Counted from the stretch's first letter, positions 38,375 through 49,042 are shown. The stretch is DNA of 64,000 nucleotides from Candidatus Micrarchaeia archaeon (GCA_038874595.1 JAVZCB010000003.1:59332-123331), one strand, 5' to 3'. Numbers and translations: made by a program. The notes: generated by a model not told the origin, from the letters alone.

Positions 38375-41300
38375 ATGGATAACAAGGCAATCATAATCAT
38401 AGGGCTCATCTTCCTTCTTGCATCTGCATCTGCATTTGTAGTGAACATAAAGGGAGATACCATATATAATATAAGCTCAGGCAATATCCAGGCCGCACCG
38501 AGCGGTTTGAGTGTCTACCCGCAAGTTGTCCCTAGGTATTGTGATGTTACGGTAACATCAGCACCCAACAAGCAGATTAAGGTGTACGCACGTAACTACA
38601 TAGATACTGGGCTCGGGTGCAAGACAAACTCAAACGGTGTGTGTACATTTAGGTTTACTAGTGCACAGCCGCAGGGCACTTATTACATCTCAGGGAACAA
38701 TTTGCAGGTTGCAGTTGTGCTCGACCCGTCAGCACACTGTGAAAAGCAGGTATCCTCTTTATACTTCCAGCAGGATAACGTAAAAGTCGTGGCAGGTGTG
38801 CCTTACATATTTAATACAAGTGCATATGCGCCTGATGGCTCTGCGGTGGTTCCTAAACCAACATTCTCGCTTGTTAATAATAGTATAGGCATACTCTCAT
38901 ACCCAGATTACTTAACACCCAACCAGGTTCAGTTTGTAGGTGTAAAGGTTGGCACAACATCTTTGGTGGCAGAGTACGGTGGCAAGACTGCCACAGCAAC
39001 AGTTACAGTGGCACCTGGCAGGTGTAACATATTAAGCGTTTCAAAGCCGGATGTTGCATATGTGGTAGGTAGTGACGCTTACCTTCTTGTTAATACTTCA
39101 GATAGGTATAACAATACTAAAAGTGATGTAGAGGTTATTGTAAAGTATATACAGCCTGATGGTAAGGTGTTTGAGACAACAGCATATTCAAATGCTAACG
39201 GCATAGCTGAAATCTCTGTTCCAGTTGGGACAATAGCGGGTACCGGCCGCCTCGCGGTTGATACAAAGCCGCAACTGTTATGTCCAGCTCAGAAGAGCGA
39301 GTACTATTTCAATGTTATCCCTGATAATCCCGAATCGGTTGTGGTTTCGCCGCAATCTAGGACACTCAACGTTCACGATGCTGAGAAATTCAGGGCATAC
39401 GTTTATGATAAGTATGGAAACGAGATAAAAGATGCGGTTGTTAGCTGGGAGAGCAGTGATCCGGCAGTTGCAAGTGTTGACAGTGCAGGTGTAGCTACTG
39501 CGAACAGGCCAGGTAACACTGTGGTAACAGCAACTACATCTTATAATATGGTGGTGGTTACACCACAGTGCTCAGGTGTTATGTGTGTTCCAGTAGCATC
39601 TGTTGTGCAAGTGCCAGTCAGTGGCAGTGCACAGGTTACTGTCCTGAACGGCAGGGAAGATCACATAGTAATAAGCCCAGTTGCACCAACAGTTGTGGCT
39701 GGAGACACGCGGCAGTTTACTGCAACGTTGTATGATGAGTATAACGCCGTTGTGCCAAACGCGGTGTTTGCATGGTCCGCCGTTAATGGTACAATAACTC
39801 AGGGCGGCTTGTACACTGCACCACAAAAGGTTGGTGTTGATAAGGTCACAGTATCTTCAGGGTCTGTGCGTGCAAGCACAGAAGTAACAATTGTGAACGG
39901 CCCGGCAGCAAAGATAGATGCGTTTTCTGAAGGGCCGAGCGCTATTGTAAACAGCCCACACGTGCTATTTGCAAATGTGACCGACCAGTACGGCAACCCG
40001 GTAAGTGGTGTTGCTGTTAACTATGAAGTTGTGAGTGGCACTTTGCAGCCATCAAGCGCACAGGTTACCACCGGTGCAGATGGTATCGCATCTATCGTAG
40101 TTATAACCGGCCAAACAGAGGGTAAGGTTATATACAGCATGAACATTGATGGCACATCAATCACTGATAACGACCAGTTCTCAGTGTATATACCAAACGT
40201 ATCTCTTTCAGGGAGTGTTGCGGAGTATTACTCATCTGCACCTCTAGAAGGCGTATTAGTGCAGATAGAGGGAACGCCTTACACAGCACTTACAAATGCG
40301 AGTGGTGATTACAAGATTGATAATGTAAACCTTAACGGCAGGTATAACATCTCATTCAGCAAGAGCGGTTACAGAAGTGAGCGTGTCCTGGATTTCGAGA
40401 TGCTTAAGGATAATGAGGATAATGCATACACTCTTGACATGCATTTGAGAGTCTTGACTCCTATTTCAGGTACTGTGAGGAATGAGAGCGGGCACTTAAT
40501 GCAGGGTGTAAACGTAACACTTTACGAAAATGGTGCATACAGCACAAGCATGCTCACAGATGCAAACGGCCGTTACGGGTTTAATGTTGCGCCAGATTCT
40601 GCAGGGGCACAGTTCCTTGTGACCGCAACAGCCCCAGGTTATGACACGGCATCTGCGGGTACGATGATAACACCAGGTGTGCCCGTAGTACTTGACCTTA
40701 CACTTCGCGGTCTTGACAACAACCCACCAGTGGTTATGTTTGTTGACCCAACACCTGTGGATGGTGCATACCTTGGTAGCGACTTTATAATATCAACGCT
40801 CGCATCAGACCCGCATTACAGCTCAACTTTGATAGAGGTTGTAAGCGGTGCAACTACAACCGCTGTTGCTGCGTGTGCATCTCCAATATGTACTGCAATG
40901 ATTACTGGCGGCACGTTCCCAGATGGGGCGATTACGGTTATTGCAACCGCCAATGATACACGCGGTAACACGGCATCTGTTCAGCGTAATTATTACCTTG
41001 ACTATGTGGCCCCACTCATTAGCTTTGTTGTACCTACACCTGCTGATGGCAGCACGCTGAAAGCACCGTTCGTGATTAATGTGAGCGCATCTGATGACAC
41101 AGGTGTGAATAAGATTGAACTTGTAATAATACAAGATGGAGCAACGGTGCATACTGAGCAATGCGGTGCAAGTGTATGTGAATATCTACTTAACAACTCA
41201 GTATACAGCGGTGTAATTGATGTTGTTGCAACAGCGTATAGTGAATTGCAATCATCTACAGTACAGAGGTCATTCACTGTACTCCCACCCGACCCAATCT

Positions 41301-43201
41301 TGACATCATTGCTTATTACCACCTCTGACAATACCGCATATGTTGGTGACACAGTTACAGTAACTGCAAAAGCTCTTGATGAAAAAGGGAAGCCAATGGT
41401 TAATGTTCCTGTTGACTTTACGGTCACAGGTGGTAACTTACCGGTACAGCACGCACTGACAAATTCCAGTGGTGATGCAACTGTCCAGTACCAGTTCCAG
41501 TCAGCTGGCGTATATACGGTTACTGCCAACTCAAGCAAGCTGAGCAACTCAACCCAAATAACTGTGGTGGAGGTGCCGGTAGAAGTCCTTGAAATAAACG
41601 CTATCCCAAACAACTTGCTTGTAGGGCAGGTGAGCACGGTTACGGCAAGGGTTTTAAACGCACGCGGCCAGCCTGTTGCAAACGCGCCAGTATCCTTTGT
41701 TGCAAGTGGTGGGATAATATTACCATCATCAGCAACCACTGATGCAAACGGTCTTGCGATTGCACAGTTTGTATCTCTCATTCCTGGTGTGTACCAGGTT
41801 AATGCAAGTACGGGTACACTTGTCAACAGCACTTCAGTATTGGTAAACGTAATTCCACCAGCATCTTTAGATCTTGCAGCGGTTCCTGCTGAGATACAGA
41901 CAGGACAAACTAGTGTGGTTACTGCAACTGTGCGTGATATGCTCGGCCAGCCGATAAGCGGTGTCACAGTCAACTTTGCATCTGATGGTGGCACGATAGC
42001 GCCGTTATCGGCACTTACGGATGCAAACGGCCGTGCATCTGCATACTTCACTGCACCTGTGGTAGGTTTGTACACAGTTAACGCAACTGTGGGCACACTT
42101 GTTGCATCCGTGGAAGTTAATGTGAGTGCAGGCTCCGTCCCAACACAGCTCCAGATTACAGCAACACCAGCTACAATATCAACTGTTGGTGAGAGCGAGA
42201 TTGTTGTGCGTGTTGTGGACCAGTACGGCAACGGCCTTCCTGGCCAGCAGGTTTCATTTGCATCTGATGGTGGCACGCTATCTGCACAATCTGCACTTAC
42301 AAACTCAACAGGGTATGCAAAAGTGAAGTTCAACTCTTCACAGGCGGGCACTTATGAGGTTAATGCAACATCTGGCACGCTCCAAAACTCAACAATTATA
42401 GAGGTAACACTTGCACCTGTTGCCACATCACTGGTCGTGCAGGCTAGCCCGGACACAGTACCGGCAGGTGTTTCCAGTGTTATAACTGCAACTGTGCGTG
42501 ACCAGTACGGTGCACCGATGGCGGGCCAGCAGGTACAGTTTAGCGCAACAGGCGGGAACATTGCACCGCAATCCGCGGTTACAGGGCAGGATGGCCGTGC
42601 AGTGGCACAATTCAGTGCATTAACACCTGGCAACTATAACATAACCGTAGTATGCGATGTGCTTTCAAACATTACAAATGTTACAGTCACACAACCTTCA
42701 GGTAACGGTGTGCTCACAGGCACAATAACTAATGCTAGCGGCGCACCTGTCCAGGGAGCGAATGTTAGTGTTATGAAGAATTATGCTGTGCTGTTCAGTG
42801 CGCTCACAGATGCTTCTGGTAAGTATACATTTAACATGCCAGCTGACACGTACGATGTAATAGTAAACGCTCCAGGTTATCTTCCTGTAAGGGAGTATGG
42901 TGTGGATGTGCAGGCAGGTGGCACCACAGTTAAGGATTATCAGCTTACAAAGTTATCGCGTCTATACGGTGTAGTGACTAATAGCACAGGGCAACCAGTT
43001 GATGGTGCTACACTGAAAGCATATAGAAATGGTAACCTGGCAGGCACGGCAGTGTCACAGGCAAACGGTGCATATGAATTCCATCTTGCTTCTGGTGTTT
43101 ATGTGGTTGAGACTACACACCCATCATACCAGAGGTCATTGTACACAATCTACCTGCCACCTACATCTGAGCTTGCAAAGGATGTGGTGCTGTATAGGTG
43201 A
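38375..43201 (+). CDS. Invasin/intimin-like secreted protein with Ig-like (Big_1, Big_2) and carboxypeptidase-regulatory-like repeats
   Basis: Signal peptide; WESSDPAVASVD; repeated VTATVRDQYGxPxxGxxVxF..TDANGxA; C-terminal GxVTNxxGxPVxGA domains. Confidence 0.85.
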   Translation: MDNKAIIIIGLIFLLASASAFVVNIKGDTIYNISSGNIQAAPSGLSVYPQVVPRYCDVTVTSAPNKQIKVYARNYIDTGLGCKTNSNGVCTFRFTSAQPQGTYYISGNNLQVAVVLDPSAHCEKQVSSLYFQQDNVKVVAGVPYIFNTSAYAPDGSAVVPKPTFSLVNNSIGILSYPDYLTPNQVQFVGVKVGTTSLVAEYGGKTATATVTVAPGRCNILSVSKPDVAYVVGSDAYLLVNTSDRYNNTKSDVEVIVKYIQPDGKVFETTAYSNANGIAEISVPVGTIAGTGRLAVDTKPQLLCPAQKSEYYFNVIPDNPESVVVSPQSRTLNVHDAEKFRAYVYDKYGNEIKDAVVSWESSDPAVASVDSAGVATANRPGNTVVTATTSYNMVVVTPQCSGVMCVPVASVVQVPVSGSAQVTVLNGREDHIVISPVAPTVVAGDTRQFTATLYDEYNAVVPNAVFAWSAVNGTITQGGLYTAPQKVGVDKVTVSSGSVRASTEVTIVNGPAAKIDAFSEGPSAIVNSPHVLFANVTDQYGNPVSGVAVNYEVVSGTLQPSSAQVTTGADGIASIVVITGQTEGKVIYSMNIDGTSITDNDQFSVYIPNVSLSGSVAEYYSSAPLEGVLVQIEGTPYTALTNASGDYKIDNVNLNGRYNISFSKSGYRSERVLDFEMLKDNEDNAYTLDMHLRVLTPISGTVRNESGHLMQGVNVTLYENGAYSTSMLTDANGRYGFNVAPDSAGAQFLVTATAPGYDTASAGTMITPGVPVVLDLTLRGLDNNPPVVMFVDPTPVDGAYLGSDFIISTLASDPHYSSTLIEVVSGATTTAVAACASPICTAMITGGTFPDGAITVIATANDTRGNTASVQRNYYLDYVAPLISFVVPTPADGSTLKAPFVINVSASDDTGVNKIELVIIQDGATVHTEQCGASVCEYLLNNSVYSGVIDVVATAYSELQSSTVQRSFTVLPPDPILTSLLITTSDNTAYVGDTVTVTAKALDEKGKPMVNVPVDFTVTGGNLPVQHALTNSSGDATVQYQFQSAGVYTVTANSSKLSNSTQITVVEVPVEVLEINAIPNNLLVGQVSTVTARVLNARGQPVANAPVSFVASGGIILPSSATTDANGLAIAQFVSLIPGVYQVNASTGTLVNSTSVLVNVIPPASLDLAAVPAEIQTGQTSVVTATVRDMLGQPISGVTVNFASDGGTIAPLSALTDANGRASAYFTAPVVGLYTVNATVGTLVASVEVNVSAGSVPTQLQITATPATISTVGESEIVVRVVDQYGNGLPGQQVSFASDGGTLSAQSALTNSTGYAKVKFNSSQAGTYEVNATSGTLQNSTIIEVTLAPVATSLVVQASPDTVPAGVSSVITATVRDQYGAPMAGQQVQFSATGGNIAPQSAVTGQDGRAVAQFSALTPGNYNITVVCDVLSNITNVTVTQPSGNGVLTGTITNASGAPVQGANVSVMKNYAVLFSALTDASGKYTFNMPADTYDVIVNAPGYLPVREYGVDVQAGGTTVKDYQLTKLSRLYGVVTNSTGQPVDGATLKAYRNGNLAGTAVSQANGAYEFHLASGVYVVETTHPSYQRSLYTIYLPPTSELAKDVVLYR

Positions 43202-45192
43202 TGATGATGACAATCAGGAACACACTCATAGCATTGGTTTTTGCAATTGTGGTTTTTGCATCACCGCTTATGGCAGGGACGCTCACAGGCAAGATTGCTG
43301 ATGGGGTTACATTAGCAGGTGTTGATGGAGCGCAGGTTTATGTATACGATACAGATAACGTGCTCATCTCACAGCTAGCGACTGAACAGGACGGCACATT
43401 TACTATCCAGAACGTTACCGGGCATTTAACTATACGCGTGGTGCGCGCTGGCTATTCTAATGGCATTTTTACTGCTAATCTCGGTTCAGGCGTAACCAAT
43501 ATGGGCAATCTGTTACTTGTGCCGCTTGCAACACTTCGTGTATCTGTGAAGGATAACGCATCGGCACCGCTCACAAACGGTATGGTCCGTGTAATCCAGG
43601 ATGGTAATGAGGTTGTTGCACGTTTTGATGGCGCATCTGGTGATATCCAGGTTTCTCCAGGTGATTATTTTGTAGTGTTTAGTGCACCTTTCCATACAGA
43701 GCAAGCATACCGTGTAATTGTGGCTCCGGGCGAGGTAAAATCACTCACCTCTGCACTTGAGCCAACCTCAATTGATATGACCCCCATTGTGCAGGCGGTT
43801 GATGTGCAGCTTGGAAACTCGAATGTTGGCGCTGGCAGTGAAGTTACGCTAAAGGCAATTGCAACTTATAATGATGGCCACACGGAGGATGTTACATATG
43901 CTGCGGCGTGGGATTCTAATGGTGCCGGTAGCATATATCTTCCTGTACTGGTTGCAACAGGTGCAGGCACACGTACGATAACTGCATCGTTCGGTGGCAA
44001 GAGCGGTTCAGCTACACTCACAGTCGACTTTGGTATGGTGCGTGCGCTTGATGTGCAGGCCAGCCAGACGCAGATATACACTGACCAGTCAGTAACGCTA
44101 ACATCATATCTCGTTGATGTATACGGTAACAGGCAAGCAACTTCAAGTGTCAACTACTCTACAACTTGTGGTAGTGTGCAGGGGAATGTGTTCAGCAGCA
44201 CATCTGCGTGCACCGCACAGGTAACTTCAGTTTACACTGCAAATGCTGGCCTGAACGATACTGTCTTGATAACAGTATCAAAACGGAACAGTGATTCCAA
44301 TTCAAGGAGCAGGAGTTATGAAGGTGGCTCATCATCGAGAACCACCTCATCCAGCAGTGACACTTCAGGTGCAGATTCAGGTATCCTCTCCCAGACACAA
44401 AACCCGCAACCACAGGATACCGTAACATTAGTGAAGTTCATCTTTCCACCTTTAGCTTACGTGGGTGACGTTGTTGAGGTCACAGTGCTTGACAGTCGCA
44501 GCAACCCTGTTGATGGTGTGCTAATAACAGTTGTAATGCCCGATGGCAGGGATATATCATTGGTTACAACAAACGGCGGCAAGGTTACACTTATACCAGC
44601 CACACCCGGTGATTACATATTCAAATCCCCGAGGTATGTAGTTTCAGGCACTAACGTGCTTACAGTGAAGGAAGTGCAGATGGTTGATAAGCCGCCAGTA
44701 AAGCCGCTCGACCTTGGTGGCCAGGATATAACACAACCGAATACCAATACAGAAAGTGTACCACAGCAGCGTGATATGCTGGGTGCGATATTTGCAGCGT
44801 TCAGTGGTGAGATCTCACCTGCGGATGCAATCAAGGCTACAATGCCGCTCTGGACAATATTAGGTGTTCTGATATTTGCAGCAGCAGTTTTCTTTGTTGT
44901 CTATACTTATATGGTGGGCGGCACACACCCGGCAGCTGTGCCTCCAGAGCAGGCAAATGAGAGGAGCAGGCAGGAAGTTCGTGTGCCAGCCAGCTCAGTC
45001 CAGGTCGCTGTTGGAGAGATGGCGCCAGCATCAAACGTCCCACAAGCGTTTGTTGAACCAAAACAACAGTCAAAAGCGAAGGGCAAAGAGCAGGCGAGGA
45101 AGGTTAACGATGAGATAGAGAGTCTTGAGCAGGAGCTCAGGGAGAAGATGGCTCGCCTTAAGCGCCTTAAGGAAGAACAGCAGCGCCTTTAA
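43198..45192 (+). CDS. Membrane-anchored Ig-like surface protein with cytoplasmic coiled-coil tail
   Basis: Signal peptide, carboxypeptidase-regulatory and Big_2-like domains, Ser-rich linker, TM LWTILGVLIFAAAVFFVVY, coiled C-terminus. Confidence 0.8.
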   Translation: MMMMTIRNTLIALVFAIVVFASPLMAGTLTGKIADGVTLAGVDGAQVYVYDTDNVLISQLATEQDGTFTIQNVTGHLTIRVVRAGYSNGIFTANLGSGVTNMGNLLLVPLATLRVSVKDNASAPLTNGMVRVIQDGNEVVARFDGASGDIQVSPGDYFVVFSAPFHTEQAYRVIVAPGEVKSLTSALEPTSIDMTPIVQAVDVQLGNSNVGAGSEVTLKAIATYNDGHTEDVTYAAAWDSNGAGSIYLPVLVATGAGTRTITASFGGKSGSATLTVDFGMVRALDVQASQTQIYTDQSVTLTSYLVDVYGNRQATSSVNYSTTCGSVQGNVFSSTSACTAQVTSVYTANAGLNDTVLITVSKRNSDSNSRSRSYEGGSSSRTTSSSSDTSGADSGILSQTQNPQPQDTVTLVKFIFPPLAYVGDVVEVTVLDSRSNPVDGVLITVVMPDGRDISLVTTNGGKVTLIPATPGDYIFKSPRYVVSGTNVLTVKEVQMVDKPPVKPLDLGGQDITQPNTNTESVPQQRDMLGAIFAAFSGEISPADAIKATMPLWTILGVLIFAAAVFFVVYTYMVGGTHPAAVPPEQANERSRQEVRVPASSVQVAVGEMAPASNVPQAFVEPKQQSKAKGKEQARKVNDEIESLEQELREKMARLKRLKEEQQRL

Positions 45193-45251
45193 GTGAAATT
45201 TGATTTTTTAAATATTCATTTTTTATAATATGTGCGTTAGAGCGTGAAACT

Positions 45252-45410
45252 ATGGGCAAGTTCTCAATATCAACACCGGCATCAAGTGCCGGCCTTATGA
45301 GGTTCAATGATGTGAATGCAGGCGGGGTAAAGGTTGAGCCGCAGCACGTGCTTCTCGCAGCGGTGTTCATAATAATTGCGATTTTCCTACTGCATTTGAT
45401 TGTTGGCTAA
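45252..45410 (+). CDS. secG: Preprotein translocase subunit Sec61beta
   Basis: Manual translation MGKFSISTPASSAGLMRFNDVNAGGVKVEPQHVLLAAVFIIIAIFLLHLIVG; below the ORF-track length cut-off. Confidence 0.9.
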   Translation: MGKFSISTPASSAGLMRFNDVNAGGVKVEPQHVLLAAVFIIIAIFLLHLIVG

Positions 45411-45512
45411 AATCTATTTTTCATTTGTTTTTGTATTTTACAGCAGTATCAGGGGGCGTGTTGTATAGCACCTCCAAATAGCTTTTAATATTTGCCAGTT
45501 TATCTTACCTTT

Positions 45513-46214
45513 ATGCCTCAAAAGGAATTCGTTGATGAACTCACACCAACAGACCTTTTCCCATTATTTGAATCAATCCGCAAATCACTGTCATACTATT
45601 TTGCAACGCACGTAATCCAACATCCCAACCTACGCAGCCAAATGCTTTCTCGCCCGTGCGGTGTATTCATTGCTTACCGGGACCGGAAAGGCAGCCCGCG
45701 GGGCTGTATGGGCCTGCTTGATACCGATCGCCCGCTCATGTACGCGGCTGTTGATTGTGCAATTGCAGCGGCTGTTGATGACCCGAGGTATGAGCGCATA
45801 ATAATAGATGATGTGGTTGGGATTTCAATTGAGATGACCCTTATTAAAGACATCCATGATATAACACAAAATCTTGACGATGCGCGTGCGCAGTTTATAG
45901 CAGGTGTGCACGGTCTTTACGCAGAAAGCGGTGTCAAAGCAGGTGTACTGCTCCCTCGTGATATCTCAAGCCTCGGCCTTGATTTTGATGGTGCGCTCAG
46001 GAAAGTACGTGCCAAAGCTGGCATTGCTGCCACTGCTGCTTCCGCAGATGTTATGTATCATATGTTTGCTGCACGCGTGTTTGTACAGGCAGGGCTTGGC
46101 ACCGAAGTGACAGACTTGTCAGTTAGGCCAAAAAAGCAGGGCGAGGGCAAGCAGGATAATAAGCAGGCACCCATTCAAAGGAAAGGGATCTTATCTTTTT
46201 TCAAAGGCGTTTAA
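45513..46214 (+). CDS. AMMECR1-family protein
   Basis: GVFI..PRGCMG, AIAAAVDDPRY, GVHGL, GVLLP; ATG 45513 preferred. Confidence 0.85.
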   Translation: MPQKEFVDELTPTDLFPLFESIRKSLSYYFATHVIQHPNLRSQMLSRPCGVFIAYRDRKGSPRGCMGLLDTDRPLMYAAVDCAIAAAVDDPRYERIIIDDVVGISIEMTLIKDIHDITQNLDDARAQFIAGVHGLYAESGVKAGVLLPRDISSLGLDFDGALRKVRAKAGIAATAASADVMYHMFAARVFVQAGLGTEVTDLSVRPKKQGEGKQDNKQAPIQRKGILSFFKGV

Positions 46215-46215
46215 A

Positions 46216-47178
46216 ATGAAAATAGTTGATTATGATGCAGAAACGTATGCAATACTCGTGAAGAAGCACCACCTTGAGAATGCTGGCTTCCAGCGTGGCG
46301 AGGATGTGTACATAATCACGCTTGAGAAGGGAATGCTTGCAGTGATACGGAAATCATCGTTCCGTGAGCATCTTAAGGAGAAGGTGCGCTCTTCACTGGG
46401 GCTTTCTAAGATGCCGCCCGTGGAGCTTAATGCAGATGACATTGCATTGCTTAAGAAAATCACATCAGTGAAGTTTGAGGAGCGTATCCCTGAAAATGTC
46501 CTTCGCATGCTTTCTGAAGATGAGATGGAAACATTGAAATCGCTCGTGGATAGAGGTGTACTTAGTGTTTATAAGGGAGGGAAGTACCAGGCGAAAGGCG
46601 TTTATACAATCTCAAAAGATATTTACAAGTTTGTTCGCCAGCTTATTCAGGATAAGGAGCAGCAGGAGAAAGAGGAGAAGATTGGAGGGGAGTATGTGCA
46701 AAAGGATGCTGAAGATGGCAAGGTAAGTGCACCTGCCGCAAAAGCATCACACGTTTTAAGAAATCAACCTGCACAAAAGCCAAGTCTCTCTGCAGTTTCG
46801 GCTTCTGAGCCGCAGGTTCCGGATTACAAGCAGGTCGGTGATGCCATAAAGGCGCTTGAAAAGGAAGGGATACTCGTAATTGCAAACGATGAGCTTGCAC
46901 GCAGCATTTCCATGACATTGCAGGAAAAAATAAAGAAAGGGGCAGTTATGGGCATGAAGGGGTTTGATGGCAAGTATTACATTATGACATCAAAAAAGTA
47001 TGCTGAGGCTGAATCATTGATACGCACATATCTAATGGAAAACAGGCGCGCCACACTTTCTGAGCTTTCAAAAAGCCTGGGGCTTGCTGAAAGCGTGTGT
47101 AAAGGTGTGCTTAACTTCCTGCTTGAAAACGGGGATGTGATAGAGAAATCACGCGGCAAGTATGAGCTTGTTGCATAA
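46216..47178 (+). CDS. Hypothetical protein with AbrB-like N-terminus and winged-helix domains
   Basis: AGFQRGEDVYI; C-terminal ATLSELSKSLGLAESVCKGVLNFLLENGDV. Confidence 0.6.
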   Translation: MKIVDYDAETYAILVKKHHLENAGFQRGEDVYIITLEKGMLAVIRKSSFREHLKEKVRSSLGLSKMPPVELNADDIALLKKITSVKFEERIPENVLRMLSEDEMETLKSLVDRGVLSVYKGGKYQAKGVYTISKDIYKFVRQLIQDKEQQEKEEKIGGEYVQKDAEDGKVSAPAAKASHVLRNQPAQKPSLSAVSASEPQVPDYKQVGDAIKALEKEGILVIANDELARSISMTLQEKIKKGAVMGMKGFDGKYYIMTSKKYAEAESLIRTYLMENRRATLSELSKSLGLAESVCKGVLNFLLENGDVIEKSRGKYELVA

Positions 47179-47216
47179 ACAAAAGCATCCTAAATAAAAT
47201 AGGGTATAATTATGGA

Positions 47217-47522
47217 CTAAGCGGAAGAATAACTTGGTTGTGGATTTGCCTTTATTTTGGGGATGCTTGTACGTATTTTTGATTTGATTAATTTTACTAC
47301 TTCAAGTGTTTTTGTAGTATCTGGGTTTTCATATGTCATTTTCTTAATAGTTTTATCTTCAATCATCTCAAGTATTCTATGCGCGTAATAAGCGCTGATG
47401 TTTCCAGTTCTAAAAGCATTAAACACTTTATAACATACATCTTCACTTCTGCTCATTTTAGCAAGTGCTTCAAGAGAAGCCTCCTTTACTTTCAAGTTCT
47501 TATCTTTTAAGACATTTATCAA
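47217..47522 (-). CDS. Short HEAT-repeat protein, possibly a fragment
   Basis: LKDKNLKVKEASLEALAKM. Confidence 0.45.
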   Translation of the reverse strand: MINVLKDKNLKVKEASLEALAKMSRSEDVCYKVFNAFRTGNISAYYAHRILEMIEDKTIKKMTYENPDTTKTLEVVKLIKSKIRTSIPKIKANPQPSYSSA

Positions 47523-47560
47523 AGCAACTATTGTATTATTGGTTTCAATTATTTGCTTTT

Positions 47561-48700
47561 TTAATCCCTATACAGCTCTTTTCCTTCGCCATATACGAGC
47601 ACCGGGTAGGCATCAAGGCTGAAAGGGTCCCCATTCCAGCAGGTGAACGATGCCATCTTGCCTTTTTGTAGGGATCCTATTTTATCATCAACCCCGAGTA
47701 TCTCTGCAGCGTTCACAGTGATTTTTGAGATACATTCCTCCTTTGATAGCCCAAACCTCCTGAAAAATCTCATTTGCAGCAGCAGGTTCCTCTGGAGCAC
47801 AACAGAATGGTCAGTCATTACAGCATACTTTACACCGCTCTCAATCAGGTATTTAACATTCCTCCAACTCTCGTGCATAAGCTCTGCCTTATAAGGGAAG
47901 CTGTCGATTGGCCCAAACACGAGAGGTATGTTCTCTCTCGTAAATTTCTGAAATGATTCTTTTTTGTGAAAATCACCTGCATGCTCCACAACAACATCCA
48001 ACCCATATTCGTTTTTCAACCTAATCAGCGTGTTCAGGTCATCTTCTTTATGAAGATGTACCCTTAGCTTCTCTTCCTTGTTTAGCAGCCTAATTATGAC
48101 ATCATCTGCAGGGTCAAGCTCTTCCTTTTCTTTTTTTCCTTTCGCAACGAGCTCCTTAATTCTTCTGCCGCTCTCAAGCGCATTCCTGAGCATTGCAACT
48201 GCACCCAACCGTGTAGTTGGCCTTTCTCCTTTCCATTCATATGTGCTCTTAGGATTCCAGCCCAGAGCAGCTTTTATCCCGCCACTCTTAATATACGCTT
48301 CATCTTTTGATTGTGCAAAATTGCGGATTACGGCACCTTTCCCGCCAACGATATTTCCACTCCCTGGCACTACGCATGAGTACAGCACGCCAAACTCGAT
48401 AGATTCACGAAAAGATAGGTCTTCCATTATAAGCCCATCGTACACATCCAGCGTAAACATTAGTGAGTTCATCTTATCATTGGTATCGGACTCATCAAAC
48501 GGCTCACCTGCCCTGTCAAGCCCAATATGCGAATGTGCATCTATAAATCCAGGCGTGATAACATCATACTCACCAATAACTTCGCAATTTGGCTTCTGCC
48601 CGCTGACATCAACAATCTTTCCATCATCACCATAAACCACGTAGGTGTTTGCAACAGACTCGCGGCCAGTATAAACAGTTCTTCCGAAAACAGCTTTCAT
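47561..48700 (-). CDS. Metal-dependent amidohydrolase
   Basis: PGFIDAHSHIG, VVEH, MTDH, KIGSLQKGKMA; start moved to MKAVFG because the upstream extension overlaps a tRNA. Confidence 0.9.
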   Translation of the reverse strand: MKAVFGRTVYTGRESVANTYVVYGDDGKIVDVSGQKPNCEVIGEYDVITPGFIDAHSHIGLDRAGEPFDESDTNDKMNSLMFTLDVYDGLIMEDLSFRESIEFGVLYSCVVPGSGNIVGGKGAVIRNFAQSKDEAYIKSGGIKAALGWNPKSTYEWKGERPTTRLGAVAMLRNALESGRRIKELVAKGKKEKEELDPADDVIIRLLNKEEKLRVHLHKEDDLNTLIRLKNEYGLDVVVEHAGDFHKKESFQKFTRENIPLVFGPIDSFPYKAELMHESWRNVKYLIESGVKYAVMTDHSVVLQRNLLLQMRFFRRFGLSKEECISKITVNAAEILGVDDKIGSLQKGKMASFTCWNGDPFSLDAYPVLVYGEGKELYRD

Positions 48701-48721
48701 TAAACCACCTATAAAAAACCA

Positions 48722-48908
48722 CGCCGGAGAGGAGATTCTCATTGCCCGCAACTGAGCCGTGCGGTAACTTTGAACTCCTAAGTCCTTGCGGACACTAGAT
48801 TTCCCGTGCGCGCGTTTGCGCCAGGAACTCGAGTCTAGCGCATTACCGGGTTGCATGCCGTAATGCCATGTGTGAACACATAACATACCAGCTTTCTGCC
48901 ACTCCGGC
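48722..48908 (-). tRNA. tRNA-Ser(CGA) with three introns: 15/16 (48893-48851), 37/38 (48827-48801), 59/60 (48768-48736)
   Basis: GCCGGAG/CTCCGGC acceptor with G73, CTAGA-CTCGAG|A-TCTAG, long variable arm GTCC-GCAA-GGAC, AGGAG-TTCAAA|T-CTCCT. Confidence 0.88.
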
Positions 48909-49042
48909 GTAGGGGTACCTATAATACTTAATACCCTAACCACTATTTAGGCACACTCTAATTAAAAAACTAACGAGTTTTGATAACCATCTTGAGAACG
49001 AGAAAATATCAACAACTGCATATGCAGTGCTCTTGCTTTATG

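Noticed and set aside
41002-42351. 449-aa minus-strand ORF, and similar long antisense ORFs at 54586-55908, 50314-51201 and 51739-52572
   Set aside because: Antisense shadows of well-supported genes, with no motifs.
48701-48943. 81-aa N-terminal extension of the amidohydrolase ORF
   Set aside because: It overlaps the three-intron tRNA-Ser. The ATG at 48700 has a GGTGG ribosome-binding site.
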